IMG/VR virus record: IMGVR_UViG_3300027769_000089
Coordinates: 1-32,858 of that record
Length of the DNA stretch: 32,858 bases
Strand: one strand, 5' to 3'
DNA from: a virus
Lineage: Duplodnaviria > Caudoviricetes
The first letter of the stretch is position 1. Each line of letters opens with the position of its first letter. Below, in pieces: positions 25,254 through 32,858 of this stretch. Below the pieces are notes generated by a model that was not told where the DNA came from, ran no database searches, and saw only the letters and a program-made list of their open reading frames with translations. A program made the position numbers and the translations under genes.

Positions 25254-27140
25254 TTAGTTAGTTGTGTTTTCGTCCCAACGGATAGCTGGTGTTATATCAA
25301 TTACGTAGTTTTTAAGTTTGGCCTCACCGCTATTGTTCATAAACTCAACATCTGTTTGTTGAACGAACACAGGGTATTCCAAATCATATTCATTGGTGGT
25401 AACATATCTTTGGAACGGTTCTGGGTTCAAGATATAAACCTCATCGCTGGTGAATAAATCCAACATCCATTTTGCTGTACCATCACCAATCCAATCAGAG
25501 ATAACCGTATAGGTATCTTCAAGTTTAATGTTCAATGACTGATAACCACGGTCAGTTGATAATTCTTGGTATGCTGTAGCTGAAATAAGACCCCTAGAAC
25601 GCTTAAAGTTCTCGCGTTCAATACTAGTCTTAGCTTTGCTTACTTTGGTGAATGTAAAGTAGTCCCAGCCACCTAGGCTGTTCTTCCACTTCAATCTAAA
25701 CTTATCGTATATTTCACAGTTGTTGGACTTTTGATATATCTTTTCGCTGATACCCATAACGGTGCCAGATGTGTTTCTAATACGTAGTTGGAACCAATCA
25801 GCAACCGAACCACCACTGTTTAACCAGAACCCAGTTGTTGCGTCTTGACCAGCTGAATAATAAATTTTATATGGACCAACAGGTGTGTCAAATCTTGACT
25901 GCCATGTATCATTCAATGGTAAGATATTAGCTGTATAACCACTTGGCATGGTGTGAACAGTACCAGCATCTGTTACAACTTGAATATCACCGATGGCCGT
26001 TGCTGAAGATGGGTTTATTTCAAACATCGATGCGCTATCATAGTGAATTTCAATGTTATTCAGTGAACCCAATGATGATAGAGATGAGCTTGATACATAT
26101 CTTATCTGAACCTCAATGTCACCAGTGACAAATAAAGTTGTGGTTGAGAATTGTACCGTAATTGGTAACCAACCACCTTGTAATGCTGATATTATTTGGC
26201 TTGTACCAGCAAATGCAGTAAAGTTTGTACCAACAATTGCTGGGGTTAAAGTATAAGCTGATGACGCTGGAACAGTTTGACCAGGGAAAATTCTGGCCCA
26301 TATTCTGAATTGATATGATGTTGATGGTGATAAATCTATACCAGTGAATTTAAACACCATAATGTTTGTGTTACCACCAGCGGTGATACCAGTCATCTTA
26401 GCTTTAATTGAATTGGCTCCACCGTATGATACGTTGGCTGCTGGTAATATCGTTGTTAACGCGTTCTTGGTGATGCCAGAATAAACATTCAATACGTTGT
26501 TTGTTGATGCTGTGCCCACCGTTGGTGAGTTATCAAATGTACCATAACTACCATGGATATATTCAAGCTCATTAACACCCAGGTCATTCTTTGATAACCA
26601 CGATAATGTTAATGGTTCGTTTTCTGATACAACCAATTCTTCTGGGTCCACCAAGAAGTGGTGATGCAATGGTTTCTTTGAAGTTACGTTATCTAACAAG
26701 TATGGTGATATACCCTCATTACCAGCCCCATCAATTGCATAATATTCACCCAAAGATGTTTTGCTTCCAGATGTGAAGTTTCCGTTGGTATCAAGGTATC
26801 TTTCTGTACAGAATACTCTAAACTTTACTATACTATTTGGGCATGCTGATGCGTATGTTTGTTTTTGGGTTGCAAGGTCAAATGTGAGTGCATCCAACAC
26901 CAAAGGTGCGGCATCAAAGAATGCGAAATAATTATCTGGTCTTGGGGGAATTGCAACTGATGCATAAGTCTTGTATTGTCCAGTTGAATATTGGACCAAT
27001 ACGTCAAAGACAAATCTAAAAGCTTTTTCAATGGGGTCGATACCACCTGGTACACCAACAAGCGATGACCTTACCAAAAATGGTATGGTTTGTTTTGCAT
27101 AGTTAAATTCGTTTGGTTGTTCTATAGTTACTACAGCCAT
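25254..27140 (-). CDS. Tail structural protein (distal-tail-like) with an inserted carbohydrate-binding-like module
   Basis: C-terminal 'W-x-N-x-LGGWDY-x-x-F...SDW...L-x-x-S-x-x-VY'; central beta-sandwich-like insert. Confidence 0.65.
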   Translation of the reverse strand: MAVVTIEQPNEFNYAKQTIPFLVRSSLVGVPGGIDPIEKAFRFVFDVLVQYSTGQYKTYASVAIPPRPDNYFAFFDAAPLVLDALTFDLATQKQTYASACPNSIVKFRVFCTERYLDTNGNFTSGSKTSLGEYYAIDGAGNEGISPYLLDNVTSKKPLHHHFLVDPEELVVSENEPLTLSWLSKNDLGVNELEYIHGSYGTFDNSPTVGTASTNNVLNVYSGITKNALTTILPAANVSYGGANSIKAKMTGITAGGNTNIMVFKFTGIDLSPSTSYQFRIWARIFPGQTVPASSAYTLTPAIVGTNFTAFAGTSQIISALQGGWLPITVQFSTTTLFVTGDIEVQIRYVSSSSLSSLGSLNNIEIHYDSASMFEINPSSATAIGDIQVVTDAGTVHTMPSGYTANILPLNDTWQSRFDTPVGPYKIYYSAGQDATTGFWLNSGGSVADWFQLRIRNTSGTVMGISEKIYQKSNNCEIYDKFRLKWKNSLGGWDYFTFTKVSKAKTSIERENFKRSRGLISATAYQELSTDRGYQSLNIKLEDTYTVISDWIGDGTAKWMLDLFTSDEVYILNPEPFQRYVTTNEYDLEYPVFVQQTDVEFMNNSGEAKLKNYVIDITPAIRWDENTTN

Positions 27141-27142
27141 GG

Positions 27143-27601
27143 TTATACATTATTTAATTTTTCTTGAATGAATTTATTAAGGTCCTTATCCAAAACGGTG
27201 TCAATTATTTTATCATACATTGGCAACCCATTTGCATATGCGTTTTCAAGTATTGGTCTTGGTTTAATACCCTCTTTTTTAATTTTATTATTTATAGCAA
27301 AAGCTATCGCGGTAACTTTCTTTTTATCATTTGCTAACCCCTTCGCCATTACCCACTTTTCAAGTGGTTTAATCGGTGCGTATTTGCCCCTCTTACGGCC
27401 TTTCTCAATGAAGGTGATATATTCGTTACCACCTATAGATATAATTGCACCATCATCGGTTTTCTCAACATCAATTTTTAATGAATTAATTAAGTCACCT
27501 GTGGCAATTGCTTTGGTGCGTCTTAGTTCTTGAATTAAATTCTTTTTTAATTCATCCCCCAAGGCCTTGCTTAATTCTGGTGATATTACAAATTCTTCCA
27601 T
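27143..27601 (-). CDS. Putative neck/tail-completion protein (HK97 gp10-like)
   Basis: 'ATG-x-L-x-NSL...Y-x-x-FIE-x-GR...GIKPRP'. Confidence 0.7.
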   Translation of the reverse strand: MEEFVISPELSKALGDELKKNLIQELRRTKAIATGDLINSLKIDVEKTDDGAIISIGGNEYITFIEKGRKRGKYAPIKPLEKWVMAKGLANDKKKVTAIAFAINNKIKKEGIKPRPILENAYANGLPMYDKIIDTVLDKDLNKFIQEKLNNV

Positions 27602-28047
27602 TAGTTACCTGTTGCGAATGGTAAGTCACAGTTGTTTATATTTAACACCTCAATCACAAAATCAAATTGGAACCCAGTACAAAGGTCTGGTAGGTTATCT
27701 GTGAATGGGGTGAACACCACGCTGTCTTCAATTAAACTAAAGGTTGAAGTGGCTGGTTGGCTATCCAATAAAATCTGGTTGATAATATCGCGGCCAATAT
27801 CGAACATATTACTTTGTTTGGTAATTTGTTGCAACACCTGGTCATCCATAACATCGGCCACAATCATGGTCATGTTATATCTTATTTTGTTAATATCAAA
27901 CGTACCTGGTTGACAAACAAACATCACCATTGGATAGTTGTTATCACCCCAGTTAAGGTCTTCAACATAACCAGCCTCAGCATATACCACGTTGTAGTGG
28001 TTGCCAGCGGTGGTCTTTAAATAGGTTGTTAATTGACTGTAGTTCAT
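27601..28047 (-). CDS. Putative tail terminator
   Basis: 148-aa acidic protein with 'YP', 'TPF-x-D...G' and a terminal 'C-x-x-P'; next to the neck gene. Confidence 0.55.
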   Translation of the reverse strand: MNYSQLTTYLKTTAGNHYNVVYAEAGYVEDLNWGDNNYPMVMFVCQPGTFDINKIRYNMTMIVADVMDDQVLQQITKQSNMFDIGRDIINQILLDSQPATSTFSLIEDSVVFTPFTDNLPDLCTGFQFDFVIEVLNINNCDLPFATGN

Positions 28048-28322
28048 TATCTTCTATATTTGCTTTTCATTTCTTCTTCTTTTCTGATAGCTTCTATCAT
28101 ATTATTCTTTGATGTTTTGTATGCTAGGAATGTAAGGGTCTGCCTAAACGGTTTGGCAATTGCTTCATCCATTTTATCCAGTTTTTCATCACAGGCATCC
28201 ATAAGCCATATGTAATATGACCAGCCAGCCCCAAATACGCTTGCATGCGTGTTCGTCTGGCCACCTTCACCAAATAAGACGCTGTATTGCGACCTAACTG
28301 ACTTTGACCACGCAAAAAAAAA
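28047..28322 (-). other. -1 frame extension of the tail assembly chaperone via a T9 slippery site
   Basis: AGT TTT TTT TTG at 28314-28322. The -1 frame is open to TAA 28047, which overlaps the next gene's ATG. Confidence 0.75.
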
Positions 28323-28849
28323 CTATGAAGACCAGCTAATTTTGTTATTGGAATATCACCGATGAACTTTTCTTTTTGGTCCAAACTCAAATCCAATTTC
28401 TTATCCTTAAATTTAAGCTTCCAAATATTTTTTGGTTTATAAATATCAACCAATAACGCGTATGTTCTGGCCATGTTAACTTCCTCTTTGTTCAAAAGGT
28501 GTTGGCTATCAATATATTCACCAAAGCTAAACTCTTCAAAGTCCTTTAATTTAAATCTATACCCACCATGCGTAAAATCCCTCTCAAATGTTTTTGAGTT
28601 AAATGGTTTTAATAAAAATTGTACAGATAATTTGAAGGTGTTAATATTATCAATTGACAGTGCATAATATTCTGGTTGTTTCAACCCAGTTACTATTTTA
28701 AATAAATTGGAATAAACATATTCATCATCATAGCCTTGTTCTTTTGACTTATCCATAAATAAAGCCATATCGTAAAATTTGGCTATAGATAAATCTTCCC
28801 ACTTTGTGGGGATGTTATATGTAATTTCTTTATGTTGTATTGTAACCAT
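28124..28849 (-). CDS. Putative tail assembly chaperone (zero-frame product)
   Basis: 'P-x-x-W-x-D-x-S' and 'SFGEYID' motifs plus an internal slippery site. Confidence 0.65.
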   Translation of the reverse strand: MVTIQHKEITYNIPTKWEDLSIAKFYDMALFMDKSKEQGYDDEYVYSNLFKIVTGLKQPEYYALSIDNINTFKLSVQFLLKPFNSKTFERDFTHGGYRFKLKDFEEFSFGEYIDSQHLLNKEEVNMARTYALLVDIYKPKNIWKLKFKDKKLDLSLDQKEKFIGDIPITKLAGLHSFFLRGQSQLGRNTASYLVKVARRTRMQAYLGLAGHITYGLWMPVMKNWIKWMKQLPNRLGRPLHS

Positions 28850-28857
28850 CTTTGTTA

Positions 28858-28884
28858 TAAATATAATTTTTGTTATTCCGTTTT
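28858..28884 (-). promoter_or_regulatory. Putative late promoter AAAACG-N13-TATATTTA
   Basis: Same boxes and spacer as the other copies; between TerL and the tail operon. Confidence 0.65.
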
Positions 28885-30121
28885 ATCCAAACATCAGTCG
28901 GACCTTCGGTTTAATTTTATGGTGTGCTTCTGTATACACCTTGTTGACAAGGGCCAAGCTTATGACAATATCGTCAAAATGACCAGGCAATCCCCCATAG
29001 ATAATAGCTTTGCTTTTTTCACTATAGGTGAATGAATAGTTAACCAACTCACTGTATACCTCATCCATCAATTCTCTGGATGGTAATTTAATTCGCTTAT
29101 CCTCAATGCTATTCTGTAGTTGGTTAATTAAATCTGGTTTGCTTATAGCGGTTGTTTTAAAGCCTTCAACCCCTTTCATTCTGGGGTGCAAATGTTCAAA
29201 CACTGAGATACCTTGGTTATTTAATTCCACCAGGGTCTTAACTGGTCTCCATCTTTTAAGGAATGTTTCCAATTCGGTGTTCAACTTATTTATACTTCCT
29301 GTCTTTGCTCGGTAAATATCAACAATATTACCGTCTGTGTCCATTATGGATGCAACGGTGTAGTCATGGAATAAACCAACGTCAATACCAGCGTAAACAT
29401 TCCCACCTGGGGCTTTCCAGTCATTTAGGATGCATACATCCCTTAAGTTGTTGAACACCGAACCATTATCGCTAAACTCACCCAAAAACTCGGCCCTAAA
29501 TATCGCATCTGGTAATTGCTTCCTAATGCTTTCAATTTCTATTGGGTTGAAGTTTGGGTTTGCTGTGTAATCAAACTTGAATGCTGTTATCGTTTTGTCA
29601 TCTGGGTCAATACCCCTCATGAACATATCATAGAAATAATTGGTTCCCCTAGGGGTGGATGCAAGCACAACCTTTCTACCCCTGGCCAATGTGGTTGGTA
29701 ATAAGACCTTATCATAAACACCAGGTGGGTAATAAGCCGCTTCATCCGCGAACAAGTAATCAAAGGTGTGACCACGAATTGCATCATAGTTCTGGATGGA
29801 CAAGAATTTGATGGATGAACCATTCACCAACTTTATTTCAAGTTCTGACTTGTTATCGCTTAATAATATGGGTGTTTTTTGTAGTATGTCACTGATACTA
29901 TTGTAGATAAGTTTGGTTTGTTTGTATGTCAAACTGACCACCCCTACGATGACTTTTGAATTATTAATTGAAGTGTCTAGTACTAACTGGCTGATAAGCA
30001 AAGACTTACCTATCTGTCTGGACGTGTTCAAAACATACGTCTTGTAATCATCGTTTTTATAGGACTGATACACCTGCAACTGCCAATCAAATAAGTCGGC
30101 ACCCTCTAATTTTACAACCAT
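28883..30121 (-). CDS. terL: Terminase large subunit
   Basis: Walker A 'SRQIGKS', Walker B 'LFADEAA', coupling motif 'ASTP', RNase H-like 'GIDVG...D' and 'DDIVISLAL'. Confidence 0.93.
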   Translation of the reverse strand: MVVKLEGADLFDWQLQVYQSYKNDDYKTYVLNTSRQIGKSLLISQLVLDTSINNSKVIVGVVSLTYKQTKLIYNSISDILQKTPILLSDNKSELEIKLVNGSSIKFLSIQNYDAIRGHTFDYLFADEAAYYPPGVYDKVLLPTTLARGRKVVLASTPRGTNYFYDMFMRGIDPDDKTITAFKFDYTANPNFNPIEIESIRKQLPDAIFRAEFLGEFSDNGSVFNNLRDVCILNDWKAPGGNVYAGIDVGLFHDYTVASIMDTDGNIVDIYRAKTGSINKLNTELETFLKRWRPVKTLVELNNQGISVFEHLHPRMKGVEGFKTTAISKPDLINQLQNSIEDKRIKLPSRELMDEVYSELVNYSFTYSEKSKAIIYGGLPGHFDDIVISLALVNKVYTEAHHKIKPKVRLMFG

Positions 30122-30700
30122 TTATTTGCTAATTTTTATACCATAACTCACACACCCATCCATTCCTTTCATGGATATTTCCTGGTTGTATTCTCGGCAA
30201 AATTCATCCACAGCTTTCTTCACACCAAAGTTGTAACTGTTGTTTGTTTTGTCCATGTTATGTTCGTAATCGTGGCCCATGATATAACCACCGTTCTTAA
30301 TTTTGTTATACGCGTTTATAAGGTCTTTTAAGACACCTTCATAGCTGTGGTCAGCATCAATGTATATCATGTCAAATGTATCGTTGGAAAAGCTACCCAA
30401 AATGTCTGTGGTAAGTCTTATGATGCTTGCTGGGTTTTTAAATTTGTTTACATTTTCAACTGTGATGTTATACAGTTCCTCACCTGTGTAATATTGTCTT
30501 ACACCGTTCTTATGGTTTCCGTTTACATCACCGCTATAAATATGCGTACCAGACCAGCTATCAATCAGTATTAATTCTTTTGGTTGACATATCTCATCTA
30601 TCTTAAGGCTAAATTCACCTTTGAACACACCCAATTCTGCTATCATACCACCTTTGGGTATTGCAGCAATCATCTCATCTCTGGTATCAAAAATCTCCAT
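30122..30700 (-). CDS. Class I SAM-dependent methyltransferase (Methyltransf_24-like; start corrected to 30700)
   Basis: 'ELGVFKG', 'D-x-IYIDADHSY' and 'GG-x-I-x-GHDY'; no DNA-MTase DPPY/NPPY or PC motif seen. Confidence 0.88.
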   Translation of the reverse strand: MEIFDTRDEMIAAIPKGGMIAELGVFKGEFSLKIDEICQPKELILIDSWSGTHIYSGDVNGNHKNGVRQYYTGEELYNITVENVNKFKNPASIIRLTTDILGSFSNDTFDMIYIDADHSYEGVLKDLINAYNKIKNGGYIMGHDYEHNMDKTNNSYNFGVKKAVDEFCREYNQEISMKGMDGCVSYGIKISK

Positions 30701-30701
30701 C

Positions 30702-31421
30702 TTACTTATGTTGTATCCATGCTTGGTCAGCACCGTTATCTTCACCGTTGAATGCGAATGCACCACCTCTGTATTTTGTGTTTAATGGTAAACCAGATAC
30801 AAATTTATCCGCGTAATTGGTGTACACAACATGGTTTGCTGCCGCCATATCAACTGTGGTCTTTGTTACATTACCTTTTTCAAGGATGTTTGCAATCGCT
30901 TCAGTTACTTCCAACATCATCTCTCTGTTGCCACCCATTACACCACAGTTCAATACCTTTTTATCCACGTATTCTGTTGGGTTCAAGCCAAGCATTCTGT
31001 ATCTGTCCATCATCCACCAATTTTCTTTGTTTGTGCATTCTTCATCACCGATATAAAGCGTTTCTTTCTTCATTGACTTGAATGGGTTCTTTAGGATAAC
31101 AACATCGCTTATATCCAAACAATAAACGTTTTTAATTTCTGGCATTTCATTTAATAAATTATGATATAAATTCCATCTGTAATCTACCATATTTAATTTA
31201 ATGTCATCGACCCTAACGAATTTAATTTTATCTGTTGAATATTGTTCAATAAATTCTGGTGAACAGTGGTCATGCAAAATCACACAATTCAATTTATTTT
31301 TGGTTACAGAATTGTAAAATTCTTTCATGATGTTAAAATCATTCTGAGGCCATGAGCCGCTTCTTTGTGGGTCAACCCCAGTTGTAAAGTAAGTTGTAAA
31401 AATGTAGTTCATATTATTCAA
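30702..31421 (-). CDS. Putative GT-A fold glycosyltransferase
   Basis: 'LDISDV-x-x-x-x-NPF', 'LNCG-x-x-GG', 'DM-x-x-x-N' and terminal 'HK'. Confidence 0.6.
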   Translation of the reverse strand: MNNMNYIFTTYFTTGVDPQRSGSWPQNDFNIMKEFYNSVTKNKLNCVILHDHCSPEFIEQYSTDKIKFVRVDDIKLNMVDYRWNLYHNLLNEMPEIKNVYCLDISDVVILKNPFKSMKKETLYIGDEECTNKENWWMMDRYRMLGLNPTEYVDKKVLNCGVMGGNREMMLEVTEAIANILEKGNVTKTTVDMAAANHVVYTNYADKFVSGLPLNTKYRGGAFAFNGEDNGADQAWIQHK

Positions 31422-31929
31422 TTATTTCTGTGTCTTGAATATCCTGTGGCTTTGCTTTTATCGCGTTAGGTAATTCAAATTTTATTGTTACGTCCGTGAC
31501 GCTTATTGTTCCATCTAAGCTTGTTACAATTTTACTCATTTCTTTGAGAACGTCAAGTGCAAGTCGTTTCTCATCATCGTAAATTGCCTCTGAATACATT
31601 AATTCAAGTCGCATCAATATCGCGTTTGCATCCACGATGGCTTTATGCTTTAGGTTTTCCCTAAAGACTGTAATCATATCTTGTAGCTTTGGGTTACCAA
31701 GTAGTTCCCTGGCTTTTCTTTTTATCTGGGCCCTATCATCCCCCAATTCATACAATTCGCTTACCACGGTCATTGCATCTTCACCAGCTGCCAAACGCAT
31801 GCAAAAATCAATTGAGTGTGGTGATAACCTGTAACTGTCAAACTTTTCTTTGATGTATTGTGGCAACCTTTCTATGGTGATAAACTCATGCACCTTGGTT
31901 GGTTGTTTATTACTTCCTTTTCTTGCCAT
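31414..31929 (-). CDS. terS: Terminase small subunit
   Basis: 'L-S...F...A-x-x-LL-x-NP-x-L...I...AL-x-x-L' helical pattern like Terminase_2; upstream of TerL. Confidence 0.65.
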   Translation of the reverse strand: MARKGSNKQPTKVHEFITIERLPQYIKEKFDSYRLSPHSIDFCMRLAAGEDAMTVVSELYELGDDRAQIKRKARELLGNPKLQDMITVFRENLKHKAIVDANAILMRLELMYSEAIYDDEKRLALDVLKEMSKIVTSLDGTISVTDVTIKFELPNAIKAKPQDIQDTEIIE

Positions 31930-32401
31930 CTAATTCTTTCAATGCTTTTTGGTATGCATCTAATGCATCTTGTTTATTTTTGAAGCGACCTAGGTTAATA
32001 TTTTTACCTTTTATCATTATCGCAGCTTTCCATTTAGACCTACTTGCTTCCCAGGTTATACCAACATCAGTTTTATGGCATGAGGTATTATACCTTTGAG
32101 ATACTAATTGTAAATTATCAACACAATTATTTAAATTATTATTATCAATATGATTTACAATAATATTCATACCATCTGGTATATGGTTTAAAAAAGCCAT
32201 CGCTACTAATTGGTGTATCTTGTAATTTTTTCGTTTACCGTATTTAACCAAACTAACTTTTAAATAACCACCTTTACATGGGTGTTGTTTTAATAACGCT
32301 TCGTTATTAGTATGGTTGTAATTTAAACTTTTAACATTACCCATGTTTGATACCTGGTAATCACCTTCGTAACCAGGTATGTCTTTGTATATTTCTTCCA
32401 T
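31910..32401 (-). CDS. NUMOD4-HNH endonuclease with AP2-like C-terminus
   Basis: 'DIPGYEG-x-YQVSN-x-G', 'IHQLVA-x-AF' and 'VNHID...NL'; paralogue of 14854-15378. Confidence 0.9.
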   Translation of the reverse strand: MEEIYKDIPGYEGDYQVSNMGNVKSLNYNHTNNEALLKQHPCKGGYLKVSLVKYGKRKNYKIHQLVAMAFLNHIPDGMNIIVNHIDNNNLNNCVDNLQLVSQRYNTSCHKTDVGITWEASRSKWKAAIMIKGKNINLGRFKNKQDALDAYQKALKELDGKKRK

Positions 32402-32405
32402 CCTA

Positions 32406-32437
32406 CAAATTTAATTTATTTTTAATAGTCATCCAAA
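32406..32437 (-). promoter_or_regulatory. Bacteroidota-type promoter, near-leaderless, for HNH gene
   Basis: TTTG-N20-TAAATTTG-N4-ATG on the minus strand. Confidence 0.75.
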
Positions 32438-32858
32438 TAGTCGTTAATTCTTTTTTCCCAGTCCACATCAATACCATCAAAATCCAAATCATCGCTATTA
32501 TCCATATAACTATCTCTTTCAATATGTTGTGTTTCATCTTCTCGGTCCAATAACCAATCGTTAACTTCAAATTTATCCACCAGGTATGGTACCAATTTTC
32601 CCTCTCTTTGCATCTTTTTCATTTGGTCCCATATCTGGTTTATTTCATGCATAACCTCAATCTTTCTTTCAATATCAATTGGGCCCAGGGATAAATCAAA
32701 TTTAACATTCCTGTCTTCGGTTCTACATTTATTACAAGCTACACCTTTTGCATTTAGGGATGCTGCCAGTGTTTCCCTATGGCTCCCACATTTAACACAT
32801 TCAACCTTAAAATTTCTGTATACGTATTTACCGTTTTTGCTGATGACCCTTGGTAATT
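32422..32858 (-). CDS. 3' part of the junction-spanning zinc-ribbon protein (acidic tail)
   Basis: The frame is open from the window end through MHEINQ... to TAA 32422; the 76-aa track ORF is only its C-terminus. Confidence 0.88.
   Translation of the reverse strand, partial: LPRVISKNGKYVYRNFKVECVKCGSHRETLAASLNAKGVACNKCRTEDRNVKFDLSLGPIDIERKIEVMHEINQIWDQMKKMQREGKLVPYLVDKFEVNDWLLDREDETQHIERDSYMDNSDDLDFDGIDVDWEKRINDYLDDY
32712..32858. repeat. Terminal direct repeat, right copy
   Basis: Matches 1-147 with one substitution. Confidence 0.97.

Noticed and set aside
27637-27644. TATATTTA on the + strand inside the tail-terminator-like gene
   Set aside because: Lacks the upstream AAC box at the conserved spacing and points antisense; probably chance in AT-rich DNA.
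30122-30700. DNA methyltransferase / restriction-modification system
   Set aside because: Motifs fit Methyltransf_24-like enzymes; no DPPY/NPPY or PC catalytic motif, and no adjacent restriction gene.
1-32858. Genome-wide stop-codon reassignment (TAG or TGA)
   Set aside because: Long structural genes are intact and densely packed under the standard code; only one in-frame TAG junction was seen.

Overview
The window looks like a complete, circularly permuted genome of a small tailed phage, about 32,711 bp of unique sequence. Bases 1-147 recur at 32712-32858 with one mismatch, and one gene runs across that junction. The host is most likely Bacteroidota: TTTG-N19/20-TAnnTTTG promoters are present, I saw no Shine-Dalgarno motifs, and the portal, capsid and tail proteins are of Flavobacterium-phage type. 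A short + strand early/replication block (12570-16489) holds a DUF6291-type initiator with internal iterons, an HTH protein, a nuclease-like protein and a NUMOD4-HNH. Everything else is on the - strand: TerS, a glycosyltransferase-like gene, a methyltransferase, TerL, a frameshifted tail chaperone, neck/tail genes, tape measure, a protease-HAD fusion, three Gly-Ser/Thr-repeat fibre genes, portal, holin-like gene, scaffold, capsid, tail tube and an ECF-like sigma factor. I recognised no integrase, polymerase, helicase, tRNA, CRISPR array or endolysin. Most notable: (1) two candidate small RNAs in the divergent control region that carry antisense matches to the start codons of the early genes; (2) Pro-poor Gly-X-Y fibres together with a GT-A/methyltransferase pair inserted between the terminase genes; (3) a -1 slippery site giving an unannotated extension; (4) a phage-specific late-promoter motif; (5) two HNH genes with identical leaderless host-promoter geometry. 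All protein family calls come from motif recognition by eye, not from database searches.
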